This document shows, one piece after another, positions 27,301-38,616 of a stretch of 48,514 bases of DNA. Both the position numbers and the translations under genes were made by a program. The DNA lies in contig ADNK01001824.1 in NCBI GenBank assembly GCA_000320545.1, positions 1 through 48,514 of the forward strand, in the 5' to 3' direction. The notes beneath the pieces were generated by a model. It did not search any database and had not been told where the DNA came from. It saw nothing but the letters and a program-made list of their open reading frames with translations. The first letter of the stretch is position 1. Each line of letters begins with the position of its first letter. This DNA comes from Bigelowiella natans CCMP2755. Taxonomy: Eukaryota; Protista; Cercozoa.

Positions 27301-27922
27301 CCATCCCTCCATCATCCCTTCCTTCCGTTTCCCCCTTGCATTGCTTTTTATGCGTGTCAAGCGGTTTTGCTCACGTTGTTCCCTGCGTGCGACATGCTTC
27401 ACAGCCTCCCAGATATTGTTACCTCATTGAGACTACTACTACTACTACTACTACTACCCTCAGGTGCTTCAGGACTTTCAGCGCGGACGTCTTCCCTATT
27501 TTATTCCACCGCCGTTCGACGATGAGGAGGCGGCTGCGGATAAGGAGGAGAAGGAGGAGGCTGAGCAGCAAGAACAGGACGGTGAGAAGAAGGATAATAA
27601 GAAACGCAAGAAGTCCAAAACCGTCACGATCGAGGCTGCAGGAGGCATCAAGGTGGAGCAGGTATTCGATAAGGTAAAGCCCAAGAGCAACTTCATCTCG
27701 GCCGATAGGCGCGATCCACATCTTCAGCGCCGAGATGATGGGGAGGAAGGACAGCAAGATGACGAATACGAACAGGGTGTAGAAGAGAATCCAGCCCACG
27801 ATGATGATGACGATGGGCCTGCAAAGGGTGAGGATAACGTTAGGGAAAAGAGCAGGAAGAAAAGAAGGCGGCGTAAGGGCGGCGCCAAGGACCGCTTACT
27901 CGCCCGAATACTGGATAGTTAA
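24366..27922 (+). CDS. NOG2: nucleolar GTP-binding protein 2 (circularly permuted GTPase, 60S biogenesis), 13 exons
   Basis: NGP1NT motifs [25 protein letters not shown] and [17 protein letters not shown]. GTPase region: [31 protein letters not shown]4 [18 protein letters not shown]1 GYPNVGKS, G2 APIPGETK, G3 DCPG, then GGEPD and [10 protein letters not shown]. All introns are GT-AG and phase compatible. Confidence 0.96.
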
Positions 27923-28131
27923 AATGCCGTGTGCTGCCAGCCAAGATGTAGAACTACTGCTGCAAGTAAAAATGTTCAATTGATGAATATACGCTTATTT
28001 CTAATGGTACATGCTGCTCGCAATGACAATGCTGCTAATAGTGAGCTTCCTACTGCGGGCATGTAAAGCTATCCAGTACGCGTGCTAACTTGCAATCTAC
28101 CTAGCTGCTAGCAACGTCGTCGTAGCAGCAA

Positions 28132-28561
28132 CGCGCTAGCCTATATGATGCACATCTGGACATGTCGCTTACTTAGCGACATACGACACATATTAGAGAG
28201 ATATGACAACTCCGTGGCTAAATAGCCATGCCGCCATGCTTACATGCGTGCAGCCACAGCATGCATTCAACCGGGCTGCTAGCTCGTGGCACGCACACAT
28301 CTATAGATGTGTGCATCTAGCTAGCTGATAGGCGTTGTTGCCCACAATAATCATAGACAATGCACATGAGATGTATGATTATCCAGATTGTCCTGTCATC
28401 ATTAGGAGCACTGCGTTTGAAATGTAATCAGTCCGATTATTATCATCACATCCGTCTCATCATGACAGACATCACAACCATTTATTCCACAATCACGTTT
28501 GGTCGACCAGGCCAGCTGTGATGTCAAATGTGCACAATGACTGTCTGCTAGCTGTGCATGG
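28132..28561. repeat. composite of repeat modules 3 (28132-28329), 1 (28400-28462) and 2 (28468-28561) in the NOG2/dehydrogenase convergent spacer
   Basis: Colinear blocks shared with 3346-3515 (module 3), the reverse complement of 19335-19390 (module 1) and 3061-3153 (module 2). Confidence 0.7.
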
Positions 28562-28648
28562 CACTGCACTAGTGCAGGCCACCATGCTGAGTGCACCCAA
28601 TGTGCACATGGAGCAGCGTATGTAGCCTAGATAGCTACGACACACACT

Positions 28649-28688
<40 letters not shown>

Positions 28689-28762
28689 AACATAAATAAA
28701 TAAATAAATAAATAAATATATGCTTTACACGTATACAGCAGCCATGCATGCGCGAGCACACT

Positions 28763-28802
<40 letters not shown>

Positions 28803-28891
28803 GACATAGCTTTCTATTTGCTTGTCATACCTATATACCAGCATCTGGCATGTTAAAATAAATTTCATCAGAGGAGGAGAGATTTGGCGAC

Positions 28892-29911
28892 CTAATACCC
28901 AGCCTTTTTGTGTACTGGTGTTGCCATCTGATGCTCAGCAGCACCTGAGAGGAAAGCTTTCAAGTTGTCTTCCCAAACCTTCCACCCTAATTGCGCATAA
29001 TCTTCCGTAAAATCCGCATTGTGTGCGGTTATCAGTAAGTTTTTGCATTTCCACAGTGGACTCTTGGACGGTAGGGGTTCCTCCCAAAACACATCCAGAG
29101 CTGCGCCGGCAATTTTCTGCTCGTTCAAAGCCTTACACATTGCAGCCTCGTCGACTGTGATGCCGCGGCCGATGTTTATGAACACACCTGTGGATTTCAT
29201 CGCCTTGAACTCCTTTGCGCCGCAGAAGTTCTTAGTTTCCTCCGTACCGGGTAAAACTGAAACCACGAAGTCTGCGGTAGAGAAGACGTCTAGACGCTTG
29301 TCAAAGCCGACGACCTGATCAGCGAGGCCATCGCAAGTCCCCTTCTCAGGGGAGCGACGAACTGCTACAATCTTCATCCCGAATGGCTTCGCAAGGCGCG
29401 CTGTTGCCTGTGCGATGTGGCCGAAACCAATCAGCCCCAGTGTCTTCCCTTGCACCACGTTCATCACAAACTTCTCCCATTTGCCCTGTGCAGTGTTCGA
29501 TTGTATACGAGGGATTTGCTTGTTGTAATGAAGGATGGCGGCCATTGCGTACTCGGCCAAGCTAGAGGAAAACGCGCCCCTGCCATTTGTGAGCGGAATA
29601 TCGCTTCCGACAAGGTGCTTCTTCGTGAAGGCCGCCAACCCGTCAACACCTGCAAAGAAAGAATGGACCCAACGCGCACTTCCCTTCACATAGCTCCATA
29701 GTTGATCAAGCACTGTAACGTCCCCAGGGGGTATCCATAGGACGGCGGCGGTCTTTGTTATCTCAGGGAAAGCCTTGAATTCTTCGAAGTCGTTAGCGAT
29801 GAGGAATTTGACGCGAGGGTCGGACGATGGCTTGAAAGCAAGGGTTTTGTGATCCTTGGGAGAGACGACGGCAATTACGGTCGTTTGGGGGCTCCTCTTT
29901 TCGTCATCCAT
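28892..29911 (-). CDS. D-isomer-specific 2-hydroxyacid dehydrogenase, 339 aa, single exon, probably NADP(H)-preferring
   Basis: Uninterrupted ORF with FFAGVD, LTNGRGAFSSSLAEY, Rossmann GLIGFGHIA followed by AVRRS, and the catalytic Arg (NIGRG), Glu (DVFWEEP) and His (TAHNAD). Confidence 0.95.
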   Translation of the reverse strand: MDDEKRSPQTTVIAVVSPKDHKTLAFKPSSDPRVKFLIANDFEEFKAFPEITKTAAVLWIPPGDVTVLDQLWSYVKGSARWVHSFFAGVDGLAAFTKKHLVGSDIPLTNGRGAFSSSLAEYAMAAILHYNKQIPRIQSNTAQGKWEKFVMNVVQGKTLGLIGFGHIAQATARLAKPFGMKIVAVRRSPEKGTCDGLADQVVGFDKRLDVFSTADFVVSVLPGTEETKNFCGAKEFKAMKSTGVFINIGRGITVDEAAMCKALNEQKIAGAALDVFWEEPLPSKSPLWKCKNLLITAHNADFTEDYAQLGWKVWEDNLKAFLSGAAEHQMATPVHKKAGY

Positions 29912-30335
29912 TGTGGCCTGCCTTGAGTCTAGTATCCCGCGCCTAGTTCCCGTTCGAGCGAGTCGACGCGAACAGGCGATCTATTTAGATCCAGCCACTG
30001 CAGCAGCAAGCAGCCAGTGTGAAGGAGGGAGGAGGTACTTTCGTACCAACAACCGATTTTTCTTGCACCATCGCACTATTCCAAGACGCAAATCTGGCCC
30101 AAAGCTCTTTCGTAGCGCCGAGAATATCTTTGATTTTTTACCTGCGACAAGGATTCAGGCGGACCGTAGCGTGGAAACCCTCGGCGATCCGCCGTAAAGT
30201 CAACCCTGTCGTTGCTTTGGAAGGCATGAAAATTCGGTAAAAAAGCGGCCTGACATACCGGCTGCGTTCCCCTCAAAACCCACATCGTGCAGGACAGGAA
30301 GAGGGGGGGCACGAGAAAGCATCCTTTCGTCAGAA
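29912..30335. promoter_or_regulatory. 424-bp head-to-head spacer, putative bidirectional promoter (dehydrogenase / 14-3-3)
   Basis: Lies between two confidently placed divergent start codons, is CpG-rich and lacks long microsatellites. Similar spacers occur at 5116-5665, 15453-~15945 and 23612-24365. Confidence 0.6.
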
Positions 30336-31579
30336 ATGAGCGCGTCTGTAACCGAGATCAAAGATCTGGGCAGAAGTCGTGAGAACCTTATCCTCATTGT
30401 AAAGGCCGCGGAGAGTGCAGAGAGGTGTGTGTTTGTGGGGGGAGGGGGGGGTTGTGTGAATAGTTGTTTAATTTTCAAGGTCTTGAGGTTGACTACCTTT
30501 TTAGATATGAGGACATGTGTAAGGTGATGAAGATTCTGGTTGAGTGGAACGAAGGCAAAACCCCACTAGATGGCGAGGAAAGAAACTTACTTTCTGTAGC
30601 GTACAAGGTCTACATTAATTTTAGAATCTTATGTTCATCGACGACACGTGACACACTCTTACGAGGTTTCCGAGTAGAAAGGGATGCGTAGTTCATACCC
30701 CTTCACCATCCTAATATCTCTGCTCTCGCAATAGAATGTTATCGGGGCACGTCGCGCCTCATACCGGTGTCTTGATGCGGGCGAGAACAAAAATGCAAAA
30801 TCGATTCAGAACTACAAAGCCGTCATCGAAGCCGAGGTCGAAAAGATTTCAATCGAAGTAATCTCCCTTCTGGAGAAGTTTTTGATCCCCTGGGCCGAGC
30901 ATCTCTTTGGAGGCGCGAAGACAGAGCAAAATCATGGTGAAGTCAAGAGGCAAGGAGAAGCTATCTCGTTCTACTATAAAATGGCCGGAGATCACTACCG
31001 CTATCTAGCCGAGATATTCAAGACCCGGAAGCCTGAGTATACAAAGAAGGCACAAGAGGCTTACGTCAAGGCGAAGGAGTTGGTGACCGACTATTTGCCT
31101 ACCACACACCCCATTCGCCTCGGGCTCATGCTCAACTACTCTGTCTACGAGCACGAGATCAAGCAGAACAAAGAACTGGCGTGTAAGGTTGCGAAAGAGG
31201 CTTTTGGTGAGTGCACACCTTTTTTTGGTATCCATGTTCCTGTTATCACCGAGATCGTGTCTGAGTTGTCTTCCTTTATTGATGACCATGGCAGACGTGG
31301 CCATTCGGGATCTTGACTCGGTTCGAATAGCATGATTGACTTTGTGCATTGTCCTTTATCTTCGATCCTCTGCCGTTGTAAACTGATCGACTTCAAAATT
31401 ACTACAAATATACCTGGAAGGTCGATGAGCGCCTGTATAAAGACGCGGCATTGATCATGCAGCTCCTGCGGGACAACTTGAATCTCTGGACAGGAAATGG
31501 CGACATGCAAGACATGGACGATTCCGACGACGAAAGAACAGCCACCGCTTCGAAGCAAGCACCTCAAGCGCAGCAGTAG
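30336..31579 (+). CDS. 14-3-3 protein (divergent paralog); exons 30336-30424, 30505-30607, 30735-31206, 31295-31320, 31421-31579
   Basis: Motifs AESAER|YEDM, EERNLLSVAYK|NVIGARRASYR, YYKMAGDHYRYLAE, PTTHPIRLGLMLNYSV, AKEAF|DVAIRDLDS|VDERLYKDAALIMQLLRDNLNLWT. All introns are GT-AG and in phase. Confidence 0.96.
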
Positions 31580-32095
31580 TGGCCTATACACTTTGTACAT
31601 CTTTGGCAGGAGGAGGAGATTAGGTACGATGATGACAATTCACTAATGCATTGCGTCATTGATATGTACGTACAACAGTGTACGCACATCATCATGTGTG
31701 CCATGCAATGCTTCGTAAAGCGGCTCAAGGCTTACACATCTACGCGCATAAGGCGGAATTCGATCGCATGCGTGCATTGTATGCACACGAGCGCCACGCC
31801 GCACCATCGCAGAAGCTAGGAAGCACCCGTTTGTTCATTCCACATTGTGCACAAGGCTGGCTCTTGCTAGCTTGTTCGCACGAGCTAGCGCGGCGCGGAT
31901 CTAGCGGATGCCTGCGCCCAATTTGCAAGTAATTTATTTTAGCGGGATTATGAGTTGTGAAGGCTACACATGATATGTATTGCTAGATTGTGCACATTAA
32001 CGAGCTGTTCATCATGAATGAAGGATACGCTACATGTACGACTGCTAAAACATGCAAATGCCGAAGCAAGCTATTTTCACATGCAATTTGCGCCA

Positions 32096-32819
32096 TTATA
32101 TGCGTCTTGTGAGCACTTCATCTGCTTCTCCGAGACCGTTTCCACTGAGCTTCTTCATCATCCTCTCCATTTCCTTCTCTCGTCGTAACCTTTCATACTG
32201 TTCCTGTCCCTCCCGTTCTAGCAACACACGCACACACAGACGCACGCATAGAGACGCACACAGCAGAACACGGAGAGGAGAAAGTGAGGTAAGCGACAAC
32301 GCTGATTCTGTTTATAGATCTAAAGCCAGACTCGGTTTGAGAATGCTGTGATTCCCTCGTTGCTTAGCCTTTGGGGAGGGGGAAGATACCTAATAGGATA
32401 AGCCTATCGACCAGCCCCTTGATTCTCTTTCCATAGGCGCGAGTCCACAACCGAAGGTGATAGGAGAGGGAGGGGGAACCTCTTCTCTCGATTCTTCCTC
32501 CAGGATCGCAAGTGCTTTGCAAAATCTGGAGAGGGGAAAGGGCCATTGTAAAGACTCGTCTCTTCGGAACGTCTCTTCCGTTTCCTCTCTCCTCCGCTAT
32601 TTTCATCTTCCCCCCTTTTTCCCCCTTACCAATATACTGTACTATGCGGACATACACTTCTACGAGCATGCGACTACATGGGCAGCACCTTATAAGATTT
32701 CAATGCGCGAGGGATGTCCTTCGGTTGAATGCCGATGCTAACGACTCCGGACTCTTCGTTTTCATAGCAATATACGAGAGTGAAGCCCGGGTATTGATCA
32801 TATACCTGGTAGGGGAAAC

Positions 32820-32862
<43 letters not shown>

Positions 32863-33638
32863 TGAGTGTTTATTCTCACGCATCGTGCTACTACTTGCCA
32901 CGACTGATAGAGTTCTCACCATCGATTATTGTGATTAATAATCACTGTAATAATACTGCGGAATCTTCTTTCATTGCACGACCAGACACATTAAGTCGTA
33001 GAACAAAAATGATCGGCGGATCTTGCGAGTGCACCGTTTATCGTGGTGGCGACAGCGACGATTCAGTCGAAGCGCCTTGGGCGAAATAGGAAAAGAATGG
33101 CTGCTACTCACGTTCGGTTCCTTATTCAGCTTCTTCGGTAGGCCAGCACGCATCAGAACGCCCTGGTAGTTGTTGTTGTTGTTTTTGCATAAGGAGAAAA
33201 TAACGAGGACTATTTTCAAGGGGAGGAAAGTGGAGGTTCTGAAGTCAATGTACAAGCCCTCCTAGGGCGCACGGATTCAGACAGAGAGGGGGGAGGGGGA
33301 GGGGGGAGACGGGCCAGGAGGAAAGGGAGAGGAAATAGACCGAACTTTGAACAACTGAACTTTCTACTACGAATACTACTCTAGTCTCTGTTAAACTGAA
33401 GCCTCGTCGTCGTCTCTCGCCATCCTCTTCCTCCTCCCATTCCTCTTCAAAGACGCGTTTGTATCTGAGGAGAACGAAGGCATAGTTGAGAGACTAACAA
33501 GCCATCATCATCTTCGTCGTGTGCGTCTATTTTCATTGCACTCATCTTCTTCTTCAAAGTGGCAGCAGCAGCAGCAGTTACTTACAGATCAAGCTTGGAG
33601 AGCCCAAATCGCCGCTCGTTTGGCGTTAGTCTGAATGA

Positions 33639-33675
<37 letters not shown>

Positions 33676-33933
33676 AGGCGTTATAATTTACACGCATCAT
33701 CGTGGCTGAACGAAATGTTGTCGCACAACCCATGCACTGTTCTTCCTTACCTTGAGGTCCATTTGTTGATCGCCACCCGCCGTGTTTCCTCTAGATCTCC
33801 AAAGATCTCCGCTGGTGCGGGGTCTCCGCGATGCAGCTCGTAGTCACGAGCGCAGCTGGTCCAACGGCGTATCACCTCGCGAATGTACCTTTGAGAAATG
33901 ATCGTCAATGACAGGGGGGAGAACTTGAATGGT

Positions 33934-33969
<36 letters not shown>

Positions 33970-35409
33970 CGACGAAGTCGCTAGTGGTGGTTAGAACCTT
34001 TTCATCAACACACACACACGCACACACGCACACACGCACACACGCACACACGCACACACACACATACAAATGTGTACCCACCACTAGCACACAAAGGGTA
34101 TGCTGTGCTGTGTTTTTGCAACGACACCGCTATCACCACCACCACGTTTTCCCTGATATACAGCGTCATCATCAATCAACTGGCAGGCATTATTACGTGG
34201 TGCTGACGTTCGCCAAAACCGAGTCCGAGATCAGGGCCTCCAGGCCTTGGAGTGATAACATTGATTTGTTGGTAGAGTCGGAGGAAGAGGAAGAGGAGGA
34301 GGAGGAGGAGGAGGAGTCGCTGCCGTCGTCATCATCATCATCACCATCGTCGTCATTATCGCTTTCCAGTTGTTCTGCCTCAAGCGACTTTTGGCGTTGC
34401 CGCTGCTGTATTCTTCGGGCCTTTCTTCGCTTCTTCTCTTTCCTTTCCGCTGGTGTGTCTCCCTTCCTCTCGTCAACCTCCTCTTGTTGGAGTTGCTCTT
34501 GCTGTTTTATGTAGTAGTCCCAGATACGATCAAGCTCTTGTTCCGAGGGTTCTTGCCACTGAAAGCGCCGCACCTTTTCGAATGGACGATGGTGTGATGA
34601 TGATGATGACGATGATGATGATGATGATGTTGATGATGATGATGATGGATATTCGAGAAAGGTTTAATGAGCATGGGCAAGAGCGAGAAAAGGAGATTGA
34701 GGCAGCAGGAAATGGGAGAAACGAAGGGAATAACCCCCCCCCCCCCCCCCTCCCCTTTCTCTCTCTTTTTGACACTTTTTTGTAAGCCTGCTGATGAGAG
34801 TTCGTTCATCGATGATTGGAACTAGTACTTACTATACCTACCTTAAGATGAACGTACTCCAGCTCCAACGCTAGGACATGGTACCTGCGCGAGTGGCAGA
34901 GAGATAAGTGAAGAATAGCGATAATACTGGGGAAAAGCCTCGAAGTCAGTGTGTATTTGCAATGAGAGGCGGGGGTTTGGGGGGGGGCGGGGGGGTGACG
35001 CAGCAGGATCGCTTATCGAAGTAGAGATTCTGGTTTCATTTCTTCCTCACAAGCACTACAATCGTGATGGTGGTAGTTTGGAATAGTACATAAGAAGCGT
35101 CTCTTCTGCCTGCGCGAGGCCGTCCCCACCCGTTTTGCCCTGTTCCAACTCGTAGTAGCTGTTAAGCACACACAACATTACTTTTATTTCTCACTGGAAA
35201 GAGCAACACGGCGGAGAACTCGCCTCGCAGATTAACAAAAGTATCAACGCCCTCCATATTTTTCATTCTCATCATTGCCCCGCATTTTGTCATATTAAAA
35301 TCTGCTAATAATAAGACAACTAGTGAATAAAAATGATCCTTACAGCTTCCGAAGCTCTGCCATCAGTTGCGCCAGTGAGAAGTGTAGCGCATAACCCTAA
35401 TATTATAAT

Positions 35410-35486
<77 letters not shown>

Positions 35487-37500
35487 CGCGCGCGGACGAT
35501 ATCACAGTCTACACTCTATCTAAGCAGAACTTCCGTAGACTGATGCAACTGATCTTGCTCTGGAATAATGACGACTCCTTTCAACGCATGTAGCACACCA
35601 ATCACTGGCGTCGATTTCACTACCAACACTTTCCGGAACTACTTTCATCTCTTCTATTACTACTACTGCTGCTGCGACCTTCTTCCTTTGCACCGCGTCT
35701 CGGACCCTGCGGAAAAGCTCTGATCTCCGAGATTTATAGCTGATGAAAGGGTGGGGGGGGGGGAGGTGGGGTGTCCAAATGTGTGCAGCAACAATAAATA
35801 AGGCCCAACGTCGCGTATCATACATATATTTATATATTAAATATGGAAGTATAGATACATATACTCCTCAACCCGCCCCTCCCTCCCCAGCCTCTCATCC
35901 TCTCTCTTCTTCATACCCGCTAAGCTTTAGCTCGGGCGGAACTTTGACGACATGGCTGAAAACAGGCAAGAACACAGACAGACAGCATCACGTAGGCCCA
36001 CACGTGGATTTTTGATGAAATCGCCATGGTTATAGCACAAACAGTCGTGACTTCTGTGCAGCAAACACTGCAATTTGCGCGGCGGCCAAGGAGGTAAAGA
36101 TGACAACTCAAATTCCTGAGAGCGCTAATGCTGCTGCTGCTGCTAATCCTACAACTGCTTTACGGTATACTCGATTTCTTTCTGGATGTCTCGAAGCCCT
36201 CCGTTGATGATAGAGCTGTAGTGGCTATTTATTTGTACGAAGAGAGAAAGATAGAGACCAAAGGAACATGGTCAAAGTGTGTGTGCGCCGAGATCCACGC
36301 ACGCCAGGGGTCATTGTTACCACCGCCCCCACCCCCCAATACATTCGTTATCGTCGAAGACTATCCACTCTCACCCGTTTGGTATTTCCAGGAACAGCGT
36401 TGGATCTCCCGTGACGTCCATGACTGCTTTCTAAGAGAGACAGACACAGAGCGAGAGAGAGAGAGTGTGTTCATGAACGAGCACCTTAGATATTGGTACT
36501 GTACTTTATATCGACTATCGATCTCGCTTTTCATTTCCCCCCCCTCCCTTCCATCCCTTCCCTCCATTTGCTGTTCTTTTCCTCCATATTTACCAAGATA
36601 TTATTGCACTCCTCCACCAAGCGCGTTGATCTGAGTAAGAGAATGGAGGAGGAGGGGGGGGGGGGGGGGGGGAGGAAAGCTAAGTAACTGAGAGGCAGAA
36701 GAGTTAAACCCCAACGTGCCGCTATTGTTCGCCAAAATGACAACTGAGAGAATGGGTGCATTGAGTGAGAGTTTGAGTTTGAGCGTCCTCCCCACCTCTG
36801 CTTCTCCATGACGCCCCGTTTTAACTCCCCCACCAGCCTCTCTGTGTGATATTGTTGATTAGCTCAGACAATGACAATGACGACGACGACGATGATGATG
36901 ATGATGATGATGATGGTGGTGGTAGTGGTGATGGTGGAGAAGAAGAATAATGATGATGACCAGACCTTTCACGATTCTAAGCACGCCGCGTGTATATGCC
37001 CTGAAAACGCTATATACACCCTGCGTTCCAACAACTACCTCACCTGAGGAGGAGGAGGAGGAGGAGGAGGAGGAGGAGGAGGAGAAACGTGTATGAGTAA
37101 GAAATATAAAAGAGCAATGAGAATGAATGGGTAAGGGGATGCGGTATTATTTTTTGTGAGTATTCATGCGAATTCACTAAATGTTATCGGCACACGCACG
37201 CACGCACACGCACGCACACAACACACAGATTTGTCACTCCCCCTCCTCCTCCTCCTGCTGCTGTTGTTATTGTTGTTGTTGTTGTTGTGGCTGTTGTTGT
37301 ACTTATGCTGGTGATATCGCCTGTCTGCAAGTCAAGGTTTGGATGTGACACCCCTGGGATGATGATGATGAGGGTGATGAGGGTGATGATGAGTCAAAAA
37401 CGATGATGATAATGATGATGACGACGACGCATTTAGCCTAGTATATTGAGTGCGCTGCCGTCCTCTCTCTTGTATATTACTTTGCAAAACAATCGCCATA

Positions 37501-37541
<41 letters not shown>

Positions 37542-37577
37542 CTTCAAGACAGCCACAAGAAGCAAAGTTACTACAGT

Positions 37578-37608
<31 letters not shown>

Positions 37609-38236
37609 GCTACTTCTATTACTACTAGCGACGAATAAGGTAGAATCGCTACACGAAGCTACAACAGAGCTTCATCTTCTCCTTCTTTCAAGGCTTTAAA
37701 CGTCGTTCTCTCAAATCAAAATGGCCGGAGAGAGATGATCGATTATGGCTGACCTATTCTAATACCGTTCCATGCGGTACTGCGTGCTGTTACTACACTA
37801 CTACTGCTGCTACTACTACCCATGATGCCTTTTCGGGTGTAGATATAGTAAGCTTGCAGCAAATATCCACAGGCCTCTCGCACCTTCCTCTCCTGAGAAA
37901 GAAGAAGTGAGAAGTGAAACGTATATTGGTGATGATGATGATGATGACAACAAGCGACCATGTAAATTAAAGGGAAGGGGAGGAGAGAGAGGGAGAGAGG
38001 TGACAGAAGGGACCATCAGTAGAATTAGCAGAATCACCCTGAATCGATGGGATCTATGCCCCAGCCTGAAAGGTGACGACTTCATTGCATCTCGACGTCC
38101 ATTATGTTGGATGGCGTTGGCGACGAAGATGTTCTTGAAGATCCCCATTGCCGCGACGAGGAGGCACTTGGCAAGGCCCATACCGCACAAGTGCTCGAAG
38201 CAACCAGCAAACTACCATGAAGATACGCACAAAAAC

Positions 38237-38273
<37 letters not shown>

Positions 38274-38578
38274 GTAATGATGATGGTTTTGCAGCTTCCA
38301 GATGAATCAATCAGAGATCGTTTTCAGAAGGAGAACAAGAACAAGGGCAATGAGTCACCGTCTCGATGATTCTTCTCGAAAATATGTTTAATATTTGACG
38401 ATGGCGGGTGGGGGGGCAGGTTTGACACACGGTTGAATGAAGCATGCATTAAGGCACAGCAACAGAAGAATGCAATAAAAACAGCGGGTTCGTCTACTAC
38501 CTGCGAGTAATCGTGCGAACGCCATTGCCGGTCAAGTGGGTTATTGTCTTCGCACATGCGCTGTATATAAGTGTATGT

Positions 38579-38616
<38 letters not shown>

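Noticed and set aside
29922-29945. CTCAAG just upstream of the intronless dehydrogenase ATG, resembling the 3' end of the dinoflagellate spliced leader
   Set aside because: Only 6 contiguous matches and about half of 22 positions overall, which is compatible with chance.
31298-31332. tRNA-like A/B boxes (TGGCCATTCGG...GGTTCGAAT)
   Set aside because: The boxes are too close together, there is no cloverleaf, and the sequence is the 14-3-3 microexon plus its donor site.
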